Shown here piece after piece: positions 11,363 through 23,316 of a DNA stretch of 64,000 bases. The DNA comes from Craspedostauros australis (Eukaryota). A program made the translations under genes and the position numbers. Where the stretch lies: positions 62,001 through 126,000 of the forward strand of contig JALAGF010000438.1 of assembly GCA_030167865.1 (NCBI GenBank). The letters run 5' to 3'. The notes under the pieces were generated by a model. That model worked only from the letters and a program-made list of their open reading frames with translations. It made no database searches and had not been told where the DNA came from. Within the stretch, counting starts at the first letter, position 1; every line of letters begins with the position of its first letter.

Positions 11363-12115
11363 GGTCGTTCGTCGAGCGGATTAAGTTCAGTTGAAATGAT
11401 TTGCTTTCGACTGGATCGGTTTCAGCTGGATGTACAAGTATGGTATTATATCAATGCTATCCGGCCTCCAACGATGACAGTTAGCTCCACTCCACTCGTA
11501 TTCGTACTCGTACTCGTACTCGTACGACTACTCGTATGCAGCGATCAATCGGTCCGACGATGCTGCAATGTTCCAACCAGTTCACCTCGGCCAACGAGCC
11601 AATGAATCAACGTGCCTGTGAGGGTTCGGTTGGTCATTCGTTCTGGCGGTTGTTCTGGTTGTTCTCTGTTGTTGAATTTCTCTGTTCTGACGCGGATTGC
11701 GATTTTGTCACAGACTCTTTTCAAGTCGAACAGGTCCATCGCGAAGAGGTCGTGGTCGAACAAGGCGACTCATATGAGTGAAAGAGTGTATTCACGACTT
11801 GGAATTCTGGCCGTTGCGTTTTGTGTTCTCCTTCCTTTCTCTCTGGAAGAAAATGCCAAACGGCCCCTGCGATGGTGGCGACAATGGCCGTCGTCCTCTT
11901 GTTGCTATTGTTGTTGTCCCTTTTCCTGTTCCTGTTCCTGTTGGCGATGTGGGTGGACACCCAGAGCACGAGGGAGATCTTGCACTTCTCACTTTGCAGC
12001 AATTCGAGCAGCCGCACTCTCTCGAGATATTAGTACGAGTCCACCAACATCAACACTTTCAACGATGACGATTGTTCCGGATCGATCTTTACCTCGATCA
12101 TGGCAAAGCCGATCA

Positions 12116-14085
12116 ATGCCATCCCTCCTGTCGCTATTCCTGCTCCTACTCCTCGCGATCACCTTCTGTGGTGGCAATGCGAACAGCTCTGGAGCACGCT
12201 TGGTTGTGGAGGTTCACAACTGGAGCGACGGTCCGATTCAGATCAACTGGATCAATCCAAGCACTCGTGAGGCCTCTTACCTCAGCGATGTCGACGAGGA
12301 CACGTACTACGAGATCAACACCTTCGCGGGGCATGAGTTCGAACTACGGGAAATGCCAGACGAGGACACGGGCGCGTGTGGCTCCGATGATGACGAGACG
12401 TGTCATATCGCGTACCTGACGGTCTCCGACGAGGAGGAGCAGCAGTACCGGGTTCTCAGCAAGATGGTGGTGACCTTGCATGAAAAGTACGATCCTTACG
12501 AATGGTTGGACGATGAGGATGAAGACGTGAACGGGTGGAAGGAAATGGAGTCGCCATCATTGGAGGACTGCCGCAACCTTCTGCAAGAACGTCTGCAGTT
12601 GGCCAAAGAGAAGACGGCCAATAGCGCCGAGGCAGATGAAAGTGCTCAATACCCGCGGCTGGAGGCATTTGATGCCTACTACGCTTGCCTTGAAGCTTTC
12701 GCAGCACCATCCTTGGACGTGATCAAGAACGAGATTGAATTCGAAAGAGAGATTCGCACGAAGATCAGTGGCCGCATGGAGACCATCACGTGCAGGGATG
12801 ACACCGTGCAGTCGAGTCCTGATGTCCACGTCCGAACGTGGAACGGGTCGGCGGATGGCGTTGAGAGAACCATTCACGTCAAGCTGGATCGACCAGCAAG
12901 TCGCATCCATGTGATCGAGAACTTCGTGTCGCAAGAGGAGTGCGATGATATGGAGGAAGATGCGATGCCCACGATGGGCGCGGCCTTTGTGTCGGATGGC
13001 AGCGGTGGCATCGAGGCATCAGCGGCTCGAAAAGCAAGGCAGGGCGGCATTGACCCAGAATTCGAAGAAGACCATGACGAGGAACTCTCAGCCCGAGTGG
13101 CCCAGCGGGTGTACGCATACGCCAGCCATGTGCTGAACAAGACCATCACATACGAAGGCCAAGAACAGCTTGTGTCCATCCAATACGCTGGCAGGGGCTA
13201 CGACGACGTCGAACCCGATCAGTACAAAGCTCACTGCGATGGCGCCTGCGATGGTGAACGCTACAGCTGGGGCACAAGGGCTGCCACCATGTTGATGTAC
13301 TGGTATGTCGTGGTGCTTGATTGCATATGTTCATCCTGTATCCTTCTTTGCGTGCATGCAAATGATGATCGTGTCTCCGTGTGCACATACATACGGGAGG
13401 GTGGTCATGTCGTATCCATCGGCCTGAGCACAAAGGTAGAACAGTCAATTACTCGAACATGCGACTTACACTCCGCCATTGCTGCTGCTCTTGCCACTAT
13501 CACCATCACAACAACCACAACCGAATGACAGCACCATACCCGAACACGGAGGGCACACCAACTTTCAGAATGCCAATGTGCATGTGAAGCCAGAGAGGGG
13601 AGCAGCGGTATTCTTCAGCTACATCAACACGGAAACGGATATGATGGATAAGGGGCTCACGCAGCACTCCGGCTGCCCCACATTTGAAGGGGAAAAGAAG
13701 ATCGTCACCCAATGGATCCGCCTGGGCGTTACCGAAGATGAACCTTGGACGCGTCTCAACACACGTAGGTGCTTGCGGGATACCCTATGTTTGTTTGGTG
13801 ATTGGTGTTTGCCTTGCTTGTTCCATTATCCACCGCGTTCACTCCCGCTGCTTGATCTCCCACTGACATGATCAGCGCAACTACCCTGGGATGGAATACG
13901 ACTGTTGGTATGCCCCACTTTCCAAATTTCGTCAAGCCTGACACTGGCTTTGCTTGTTGGTCTCCATGCCATTTCTCTCTTACTTGCACACGCACGAGCA
14001 TGACGCACCCCACAATGCTCCACATACCCCCAACACCTTCGATTCAATAATAGTTGGTGTCCGGCGGAGTGATTCCTACGACTAG
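12116..14085 (+). CDS. Secreted 2-oxoglutarate/Fe(II) dioxygenase (prolyl 4-hydroxylase-like) with N-terminal VHL-beta-like domain, ~483 aa
   Basis: Exons 12116-13302, 13532-13764 and 14054-14085 (alternative ATG at 12065). Signal peptide MPSLLSLFLLLLLAITFCGG. Fe ligands YKAHCDG (HxD) and TQHSGCP (distal H), plus GGHTNF and GEKKIVTQWIR. Confidence 0.82.
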
Positions 14086-14820
14086 TCGCAGTACTTGCTG
14101 CGTGAGCTTAGAGGAATGCTCGATTCTGTCTCGTATTACACATCTTTCCCAGTTTTCTTCACATTAGACTTCTGAATTAGTACCACACTACCCGTAGTCC
14201 TACGACTGAGATTCAGCAACTCATTAACGTTGATTCTTGGTTTGCATGCCACCACCTCCATAGCTGCGGTGGCCGCATGCGGCTTACGGGAGCTAAGAGT
14301 TCACATTCCCATGGAATCATACCACCACACAACCCCTTGCGCCAGTCTGCACGAGGATGGATGTCAGTGTGCAAGACACCTCAATCGACCTTGACAGCCT
14401 TTGCCTAGACAGGTTCAATATATTTGACTACATGGACTCAACGATTTGCCGCCACTCGTTCACTACCACCCAACTTTTCGCATTTCTTCATCAACTTTCG
14501 CATGTCCAACCCATCACCACGAAAAGCCGACTCGCAATTGCGGAGGACTGTCGTCGCTCCGTCCATACTAAACTCGTGCTCATCCCCACACTCGCAGCGA
14601 GGGAAGAGCAGTGTACCATACTTGCGCTTGTACTTGTACTCGTACTCTGCAACATTGAAGGTGATCAGCCATCACAAGTCGACACCATCGCTCAACACCA
14701 ACCAAAGAGTTAAGGCCAAGTCCACCAATTGTCCAATACCCATCCAAGAAAAGTGCCATCACCCTGCACTGCTCAACCACTCAATTCGCACCAAACCAGC
14801 CTTCACCATCAACGCACAAG

Positions 14821-17800
14821 ATGGGCGGGAGAAAGCGTCAGAAGAGCCAGGGATCACCTGGAAAGTCCAACAAGCGCAGCAACAAGGGCGCCAAGGAGGA
14901 GACGAAGAAGCCTGTGGACAAGGAGGCCTCCGACGATGAGCCTTCCCTGAAGAAGCTGTTCGACAAGTGCTTCGTCTCGGGATCCAAGCGCGATCAGAAG
15001 TTCAGCATCAAGAAATCGAGCGATCGCGGTTTGCTGGAGAAGGTCGTCTGGCCTTGCGTCACGAGCAGCAGCGATGACGACGAGGACCTGCTGAAGGCAT
15101 CGCAGTTGGCGGCCGCGTTCGTGGCGCATCGTTGCTGGGAGGGTTCGTTCCGAGCCAGCACCATGCTGCAGATCATGGACGATGCCGACACGGTCAACAA
15201 GATGCTTGACGCCCTGCTCTACAAATCCGATGCCAGCAACACCGTGTTGAATGAGATCATCGTTCATTTCGTGGTGGCCATTCTCAGCGGCGACAACAAG
15301 CTCCTGCAGGAATCCATCCAGCCCCACATCACGGGGGTGGAGCTGTGGCATCACATGCCCAAACACCGGCTCGAGCTCGAGCTGAAGAAGAGAGCGGGGT
15401 TGCGACGAAAATTCCAGCAGACGAAGAAGCGGGATATTTGGATCATCTCCACCGTTCAGTCCGTGCTGAAGATCTTGTCGAAGGAGACCGCAGCAACCGC
15501 CGAGCCCGATGATGATGACGACAAAGATGAATCGATGGACGTTGCCGATGACAGCGCCGCCATCTCCAAGGAAGAATTCCTGTTCGTTCACAGAGCTCTG
15601 GAATTGATGATTGATCTGTTATCCGCTTCCTCCACCCGCAAGTTCCTGGTGACGTACTTGGATTCGATCCACTTCGCGATCCAGAGCAAGCAGACGTTCA
15701 AGGCAACTGACGCAGAACTGTCCGAGAATGCCCGACTATCCAAGCAAGCTCTGGGGCTCGTCGCCGAGCTGCTGAACTTCCCAATCCATGAACACGGCAA
15801 GGCCCACCTTTCCAAGTTCCAGGTCGTTTCCAAGCACCATGCCCGCGCCATCATCCTGCAGAAACTGGCCCACCGCCATTACCCACATGCTCTGCAGCAG
15901 GTAGTCTTTGCTGGTGTCAGCCTCCTTTGCGCGCCCAACACGAAGGACTCCTTCCTCGAACGATCGCTCGCTGCCTTGACGGATGAGCAATTCGCCGATT
16001 TGCTGGCGCGCATGTGCCTCATCACCAAGGGCGGTGATCAGGCATTGACGAAGGACTACATGCAGCAGGTGCTGGGTGAGTACCTTGCCATTCCATCCTA
16101 CCCAGCCGACAAGCTCAAGTCGTTCCCGCTATATCCCACCGAAGCCATCCTTTGGGATCACAACATCATCCCACCATCCAGCAAGGCCCTGCGATTGCAT
16201 TCCGTCCTCTCCGTGCCCAAGCTGGACAGGCGTTTCTTGTCCTACCAGGACTACCTGCTTCGCAACTTCGAGCTGGTACGTTTGGAGAGCTCCTACGAGA
16301 TCCGTTCCGACATCGTCCAGGTCCTGCAGCGGCTCCGCCCCATGCTGCGACAGGACAACAACTCTGATCCCGACGAGGCCAAGCGCATCACAGAATTCAA
16401 CGGCTGGTCGCCGATGGCCATCGAGATTGCGAAGCCGTTGAAGATCACGGATGTGCAGGCGCCCAAGATCGGCGAAACCGTCACATCCCGCGTCATCGCG
16501 CAATTCGAGGTCGACCTCAAGCTCTTCAGCGACAAGATCAAGCAGGAATGGGACGAGCTCTTCGAATTCGAGAACCTCTTCCTCATCAACGTCGACGCAT
16601 CCAAGATGAGCAGGCAGCCGCAGCCGACACTCAACGAGTTCTACGCCGAACATAGCAAGGACTTGGTGACCAAGCAAAAGTACGGCAACAAAAAGGTACC
16701 GGCGGATGAAGACAGCACGTTCCCAGCCAGGATGGGCCTTCAGACCATCCGCGGTTGCATGGTCCTCGAGATCAAGGACGAGGCTGGAACCGTCCTGAGT
16801 GATCCATCGGAAAGGCACTCCGGCGCGAAGCCCAAGGGATCGAAGCGAATCTTCAAGGTCGCGCTGGACCCAGCTCAGTACGACCTCGACCGCAAGTCAC
16901 CTGCGGGCACCGATATCTACCACGGCTTCAACATCCTCATGCGTCGTCACGGACGAGAGAACAACTTCAAGCCCATGCTGGAATGCATCAAGGGGTTGTT
17001 GGAGGGATCGGGTTCCATCGACCGAGTCATCCCCGAGTGGTTGTACCGCGTCTTCTTGGGCCAGGAAGATCCGACGGGCGCGCAGTACTCTTCCGACAAG
17101 ATGAAGAAGTACGCGGAAAAGACAGTCGGTGTGAGCACCCAAACGGACTACCTGGACTTCCGCGACACGTTCCTGGACAAGGAGCATCTCAAGGAATCCT
17201 TCAAAGAGTCGATCAGCGTAGATGGCGGTTCCAAGAAATCGGCCTGCAATTACAAGGTCCGCGTGAGTCCGAAGGACAGCAACAAGCTCGAGGCGAAGGC
17301 CACGGCGGTGGAAGGAAATGCCAAGGCGAACACGGTCCGTTACACTCCAGCGCAGGTGGAGGCCATCCGTTCCGGACTTTCTCCGGGCCTCACGCTGTGC
17401 GTGGGTCCACCCGGTACAGGAAAGACGGACGTGGCAGTGCAAATTATTGCATGCTTGTTCCACACCTACCCAACACAACGCACCGTCATTGTCACGCATT
17501 CTAACGCTGCGTTGAACGACATCTTCAACAAGGTCATGGCGCGCGGTGATATTGACGAGAAATACCTCCTCCGTTTGGGATCGGGAGAGAAGGACCTGCA
17601 GGTGGACTCGACGCACGATTTCACCAAGCTCGGCCGCGTCAACTACTCGCTTCAACGCAGATCGAAGCTGCTGGAGAAGGTCCAGCTTCTGTCCGAATCG
17701 CTGGGTGTCAGCAGCAAGGCCGATCGTGGTGCGGACGGTGCATCGGCCTACACCTGCGAATCAGCAGAATACTTCCGCAAGCAGCATGTGGAGAAGCACA

Positions 17801-19382
17801 TCAAGCAGGTGGAAGAGGCGATCGACAATCTCGGCAAGTCAAGCACCTTCAAGGGTGACTTCCCGTTCGCGCCATTCTTCAACCTCGAGGCCGATGATTC
17901 CATGAAGAAGTCCAAGGTCGCGCAGCTGCTGTCGGAGATCAAGGATATTTTTGAAGAGCTGACCCAGTACCGGCCGTATGAACTGCTGCGATCACAGAGG
18001 CAGCGATCGAACTTCTTGATCCTGAAGCAGGCGCGCATCGTCGCCATGACGTGCACGCACGCATCTATCGTGCGGTCGCAGCTCGTTGAGCTTGGCTTTG
18101 AGTACGACAACATCATCATGGAGGAATCTGCGCAGATGACCGAGATCGAGACCTTCATCCCGTTGCTGCTGCAAAAGGGAGAGACGGATGAAAGCGTCGC
18201 GGGCAAGTCCCGTCTCAAACGCATCTGCATGCTCGGGGATCATCACCAGCTCCCACCGGTTGTTAAGAATGCGTGCCTGGCCAAGTTCAGCAACTTCGAT
18301 CAAAGTTTGTTCACCAGATTGATCCGCAACGGAGTTCCACACATTCAGCTGGACAAGCAAGGACGTGCCAGACCATCGTTGGCATCGTTGTACAGGTACG
18401 TTCATGAGTTGGTTGCCTGTTCTTTTCTATTGTTCGGATTCATTCCTCCTTTGTCCTCGTTGCGGTGGCCTGTCATGGTGCACCCGAGGATGATTGGATG
18501 GCGTGCTGTTTCTTGTCGAGAGGCATCGTGTATCTCACCATCGTGTTTCTCTTTCATTCACTCATTTGTTGATTCGCCCGTGGAAAAATCGCTGATCCGT
18601 CACACACCATTCATGTCTGAATTGTCACACAACATATACGAATAAACGCGTCCCTCCATCGATTGATTGCATCACGCAGCTGGCGATACGAGCAGCTGGG
18701 CAACCTGAAGCACGTGAACGACCGCAAGGATTACCAGCTTGCCAACGCAGGGCTTGCAAACACCTGTCAGATCATCAACGTGGATGATTTCCACGGCAGA
18801 GGCGAGAGCGCACCCATGCCCTATTTCTACCAGAACGTCGGCGAAGCGGAGTACATCGTGGCGTTCTTCCAGTACATGGTGCTGATCGGATACCCCGCCA
18901 GTAAGATCTCCATCATCACCACCTACAACGGTCAGAAGGATCTGCTCACAGACGTCATGTCGCAGCGCTGCGGCCCCGGCACGCCGTTCGCCGGCATGAA
19001 GCCACGCGCCATCTCTACCGTGGATCAGTACCAGGGACAGCAGAACGACTTCATTCTGCTGTCGTTGGTGCGAACCTCCTCCGTGGGTCACCTGCGCGAC
19101 ATCCGTCGTCTGGTCGTGGCCGTGTCGCGTGCCCGCCTCGGGCTGTACGTGTTCTGCCGTTCCAACTTGTTCGGCGACTGCCACGAGCTGCGTCAGACGT
19201 TCGATCAGCTCGTGTCGAAGCCCACCAAGCTCCAGCTTGTTCTGGGCGAGAACTACGGGGCCATCGATCGCAAGGCGGAAGAGGACATCCCCGAGGACAA
19301 GGTGTTCGAAGTCGCTGACGTCGGGCACATGGGATCCATCGTTCATTCCATGGCAGCCGATTGGGTTGGCGGTGGCAAGTAA
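14821..19382 (+). CDS. AQR: Intron-binding spliceosomal SF1 RNA helicase Aquarius (IBP160), 1425 aa
   Basis: Exons 14821-18395 and 18680-19382. Motifs PLYPTE, YLLRNFELVRLESSYEIRSDI, ENNFKPMLECI, GPPGTGKTDVAVQII, THSNAALN, MEESAQ, YFYQNVGEAEY and TVDQYQGQQND. Confidence 0.96.
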
Positions 19383-19726
19383 GAAGAAAGCCATGTGTTC
19401 TGCCAAGCAGGAACTGCAGGAACTCTTTCAAGCTTCTTTCCGTCGGGGCACTCTCACAGAAGTCGTGACACAAGACAGGCAAGGAGCCAAAGTAAGATAG
19501 TGTACTCGCAGCACTCGAGAAGTGAGCATTGATGGAGAAGAGTCGCCAATTACGAATGCAGTGTGACAGGTGTCACCAAAGCGATGGAACGCAACATGAG
19601 CCAATACTTCTGCTAGTACCACTCCAGATAACAAAATTCGAGTTGCTCGTCTGGGCTGTTCTGCTCTGGAGCGTATTATATAATACTATTATTGAGAATG
19701 CTCTAATAACAAGACTAAGACTCGGT

Positions 19727-20887
19727 TTACATCTGACCCATCTGAGCAGCCATAGCCTGCATCATGGCAGGGTTCATGCCTCCGCCGCCTCCCATCATGC
19801 CCATCATGTTCTCCATCATGTTGAGCATGCTCGGAGGTGGCTGGATGTTGAAGTATATCTTGCCGATCTTGGTGGTGTAGGACTGGACGATCTTGGTTTT
19901 GTACATGCCATCGAGCTCGCGCTTGAAGGAGCGGAGCAGCCACGAGAAGAGGGGTCCGGTGCGGGTGTCCTTCTCGCATACCCGGATGAGCATGCTGCAG
20001 AAGATGGCGTGGGACGGTGCCTGGCCATCATCCTTGCTGGTGTAGGACTTGGTCAATGCCTCCGTCTCCCTCTCCTCCACATCGGTGATGTAGGAGGCGA
20101 CGAGGGTGTTTGCATCGCGCAGGTTCTCCACGGCGCAGAGACAGAGGACCGCCCGGGTGAAGAGCGCGTCCCTGTCGGACGGGCGGCATCTGTGTCCAGT
20201 CTTCGTCTGGGCGTCCGTGGGGGCAGGCAGCGTCTTCAACCATTGAATCATCTCGTTTGGCTTCTCGGCCAGCGCCATGTGCGTGAGGGCGTCGCATTTG
20301 AGTTCCATGAGCTCGTCCTCCTCCTCCGTGGGCTTGGAGACGCTGCTGGCGTGCTTGGATGCCATGGCCCATGACTGCTGCGCCAGCAGGGCCTGCAGCT
20401 GCTGGTGGCCGAAGCGGACCTTGCCGAGCTCGGAGCTCCATTGCAGGCACCGCCTGAGCCAGTCCCGCTGAAGGCGGTGCAGACGGAAGGCCTCGTCTCC
20501 CTCCTTGCCCTCCATGGCCTTGGTGAAGGCCTGGTGCAGCTCGTCGATCTGGTTGAGGATGGCGTCCGTCTCCTCCGAGTGGGTCTCCCGGAGGACCGTC
20601 GCCATGATCGTGAGGAGCTGCGAGGCCACGGACACGCGTCCCTGGTTGAGGATCTTGAGGGAGGACTCGTAGGCCAGGTCCACGGCGGCCTTGAAGTCGC
20701 CGCTGTGCACGCGCTTGCGCACCTGGGACTGCGCCAGCTGGAGGGCCTCGTAGGCCGTGGCCTCCTCCTTCAGCCCTTCCTCATCGGCCAGCAGCTTCTG
20801 CAGCTGCGCCTGGATGGGATCCACATCGTCCTGCTGCTTCTTGCGGGCGAGCAACTGCTTGCGTCGTCTGGCTGCTGCTGCGCTCAT
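19727..20887 (-). CDS. GET4: Golgi-to-ER traffic protein 4 (tail-anchored protein targeting), 386 aa
   Basis: YEALQL, WSSELGKVRFGHQQLQALLA, LFTRAVLCLCAVENLRDAN and KIGKIYFNIQ correspond to Get4/DUF410 motifs. Intronless. Confidence 0.82.
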   Translation of the reverse strand: MSAAAARRRKQLLARKKQQDDVDPIQAQLQKLLADEEGLKEEATAYEALQLAQSQVRKRVHSGDFKAAVDLAYESSLKILNQGRVSVASQLLTIMATVLRETHSEETDAILNQIDELHQAFTKAMEGKEGDEAFRLHRLQRDWLRRCLQWSSELGKVRFGHQQLQALLAQQSWAMASKHASSVSKPTEEEDELMELKCDALTHMALAEKPNEMIQWLKTLPAPTDAQTKTGHRCRPSDRDALFTRAVLCLCAVENLRDANTLVASYITDVEERETEALTKSYTSKDDGQAPSHAIFCSMLIRVCEKDTRTGPLFSWLLRSFKRELDGMYKTKIVQSYTTKIGKIYFNIQPPPSMLNMMENMMGMMGGGGGMNPAMMQAMAAQMGQM

Positions 20888-21679
20888 CTTTGTCGCTGTG
20901 CTGTGTTGGCGCTCGTTGTGCTGGTATTGCCTGTGCTCGCAGACTGAGCGGTGATGAAGTTGGGTGTTGTGGATGGTGCTGTTGCCGATCCTTTCGTTTC
21001 TCTGCGTCGCCCGCAGCCGTCGCCTTGCGTCATTGTCGTCTCCTCTTTCATCGCGTGTGCGTGATCTTGTCGAGTTGCTTGTGCTTTCGCGGACGACGAC
21101 AGACGATTTCGTGCGAGCGATGACAGTCTACGACTCAACTCTCTAGATTAAACGTGGTTGGTGGATACACGGGCGATGTCCAGACGGTTCGGACAACCGC
21201 ACTTTCGCCAACTCCACACAACCGTGCCAACCCAACCAAACAAGGTGCAAGGAGGTGAAAAACCAAACCAGAGAGACAAACGAAGAGAGACCAAGAAGAA
21301 GGGTGTTGCCGTGTGCAAGACGCTGATTGGGACGCTTGCGATCCAACAAGGCCACACGAAGCAACAACAGCCAAGTACGAGCCACGCGTCCACCACTCAC
21401 TCGCATCCCAACAAGAGACAGCAAGAGAGACCATCGGCATCAACCGCATCATCAACCGCATCATCAACAGTAGCAACAGTAGCAACAGCAGACGTGAGAG
21501 TTCGAAGTGACCGAAATCAAGTCAAGAGCAACAGACCGAACGCAAAACAGCCAACAGCCAACAGACGACGCCACTACTGGCACCACCACTAACACCATTA
21601 CCACCACCACTACAACTACAACTACCACCAACACCATAACTCGAAGATAGCACAAGCCAGGAAGACACAGACCGGAAAG

Positions 21680-23049
21680 ATGTCAGTATTCGCAGAGACA
21701 GCGTCGCCGTTGGCGCCAGCGCTGCTGATGGAGAGCGGAGCAGACACAGTGACGGAAGTCATCGTGCATCCCATGGTCTTGCTGCACGTTTTGGATCACC
21801 ACACACGCAGACCCGAAGCTTCGGGACGTGTCATCGGCACCTTGCTGGGACGGCGGGATGGCAGGAAGGTGCGTACCATACAGAATCCTATCATTGTCGC
21901 TCTTCAATTGGATCGGAGTGGTTTGGATTGGCTTGAATTGGCTTGTGTCGGCTTGTGTTGTGTTGATCTGCGGAACGTGTCTGCGTTCTTGCGTTTGCGC
22001 AGAAACGTGGGAAAGAGTGGGACTTGGTTGATTGAGGCTCAGCGAGGTTCATTCATTTCGGCTGATTGCAGTCGTTGACATCTCATCGTATTGGTGTTGT
22101 GTTGCGTTGTGTTGTGTTGTGTTGCAAATGCTTAAGGAAGATAGTGTAACGCTCACATTTACACTTCCTGCTCATCCATTGGTTCATTTGCCACGATGCT
22201 TCATCATGATGGTTTCGTACCATCGCTCCTGCATCCACCAACTGCCGCTTCCACGATATGTCATTCCATACTATGCCATTCCACGATATGCCAATTGTCT
22301 TTGCCTTCTATATGCAGGTAGAAGTGACCAACTGCTTCGCTGTGCCACACGCCGAGAAGGGCGAGGAGGTCGCCATCGGCAAGGATTTCAACAAACAGAT
22401 GCTGGAGCTGCACATGAAGGCGAACAAGAAGGAGACCATTGTCGGATGGTACGCATCCGCGGCAAGCGAGGCAAGCGGCGAGGGACCAGATCTCATCGCG
22501 GACACGTCCTCCCTCATCCACGAATTCTACGCCGGAGAGACCGACGAAGGCGATCCAATCCACCTCGTCTTAGACACCAGCCTGCGAGAGGACAGGATCG
22601 GAGTGCGCGCCTTCCGCAGCACCCCCGTCATGATCCAGAATGAAGTCGTCGCCAATCTCTTCCATGAGCTGCGTTACACCATGAGCTGTTCCGACGCCGA
22701 GGCGCTCGCTCTCGACACCATGGCATCGTCACAAAAGGCGGCGGCCGGCGTTCCCGATCCGGATGCCGACAAAGACAAGCTCGAAGTCTCCATGACGAAA
22801 CTGTTGGAACGCCTCGACACGGCCTCGGCCTACGTGGACTCGGTCGTCGATGGCAAGACGCCGGGCGATGTCGAGGTTGGGAGACAAATTGCTAACATCG
22901 TCGCGTCTGTGCCAGGTCTCGAACCGGAAGCCTTGGATGATATGTTCAGCGAAACAATGCAGGATCTTCTCATGGTATCGTATTTGTCCAATATCACCAA
23001 GACGCAGCTTACGATCGCCGACAAGCTCAATGCAACGTTGGGGGTTTGA
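21680..23049 (+). CDS. EIF3F: Eukaryotic translation initiation factor 3 subunit F (MPN domain), 306 aa
   Basis: Exons 21680-21868 and 22318-23049. VIVHPMVLLHVLDHHTRR, RVIGTLLG, VEVTNCFAVPH, ETIVGWYA and MQDLLMVSYLSNITKTQLTIADKL. Confidence 0.92.
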
Positions 23050-23316
23050 GCAGAAGTGCATCGACAAGTGCATCGATGAGTGCAGTCACGAGAATGCCTA
23101 CTCTACAAATATGAGTTCTCGATGGAGTCAGCGACTCAATACAAGAGGGAAAACTTGCACTCGTGCCATAGTCTCCCCTCGTTCCAACAAGCCGTGCCTG
23201 GACTCATGCGCATGTCCATGCATTAAAGCAATACTCTAAACTACTGCCACTACAGCAACATCAAGTACCATTGGAAGCATGTTGTGATCTTGTATGTGGC
23301 GCATCCGTGCGTTATT

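Noticed and set aside
11612..12064. In-frame 5' extension of the prolyl hydroxylase ORF (Cys-rich CCYCCCPFSCSCSC)
   Set aside because: It derives from simple tgt/tgc repeats. A clear signal peptide begins at 12116, so this is more likely UTR.
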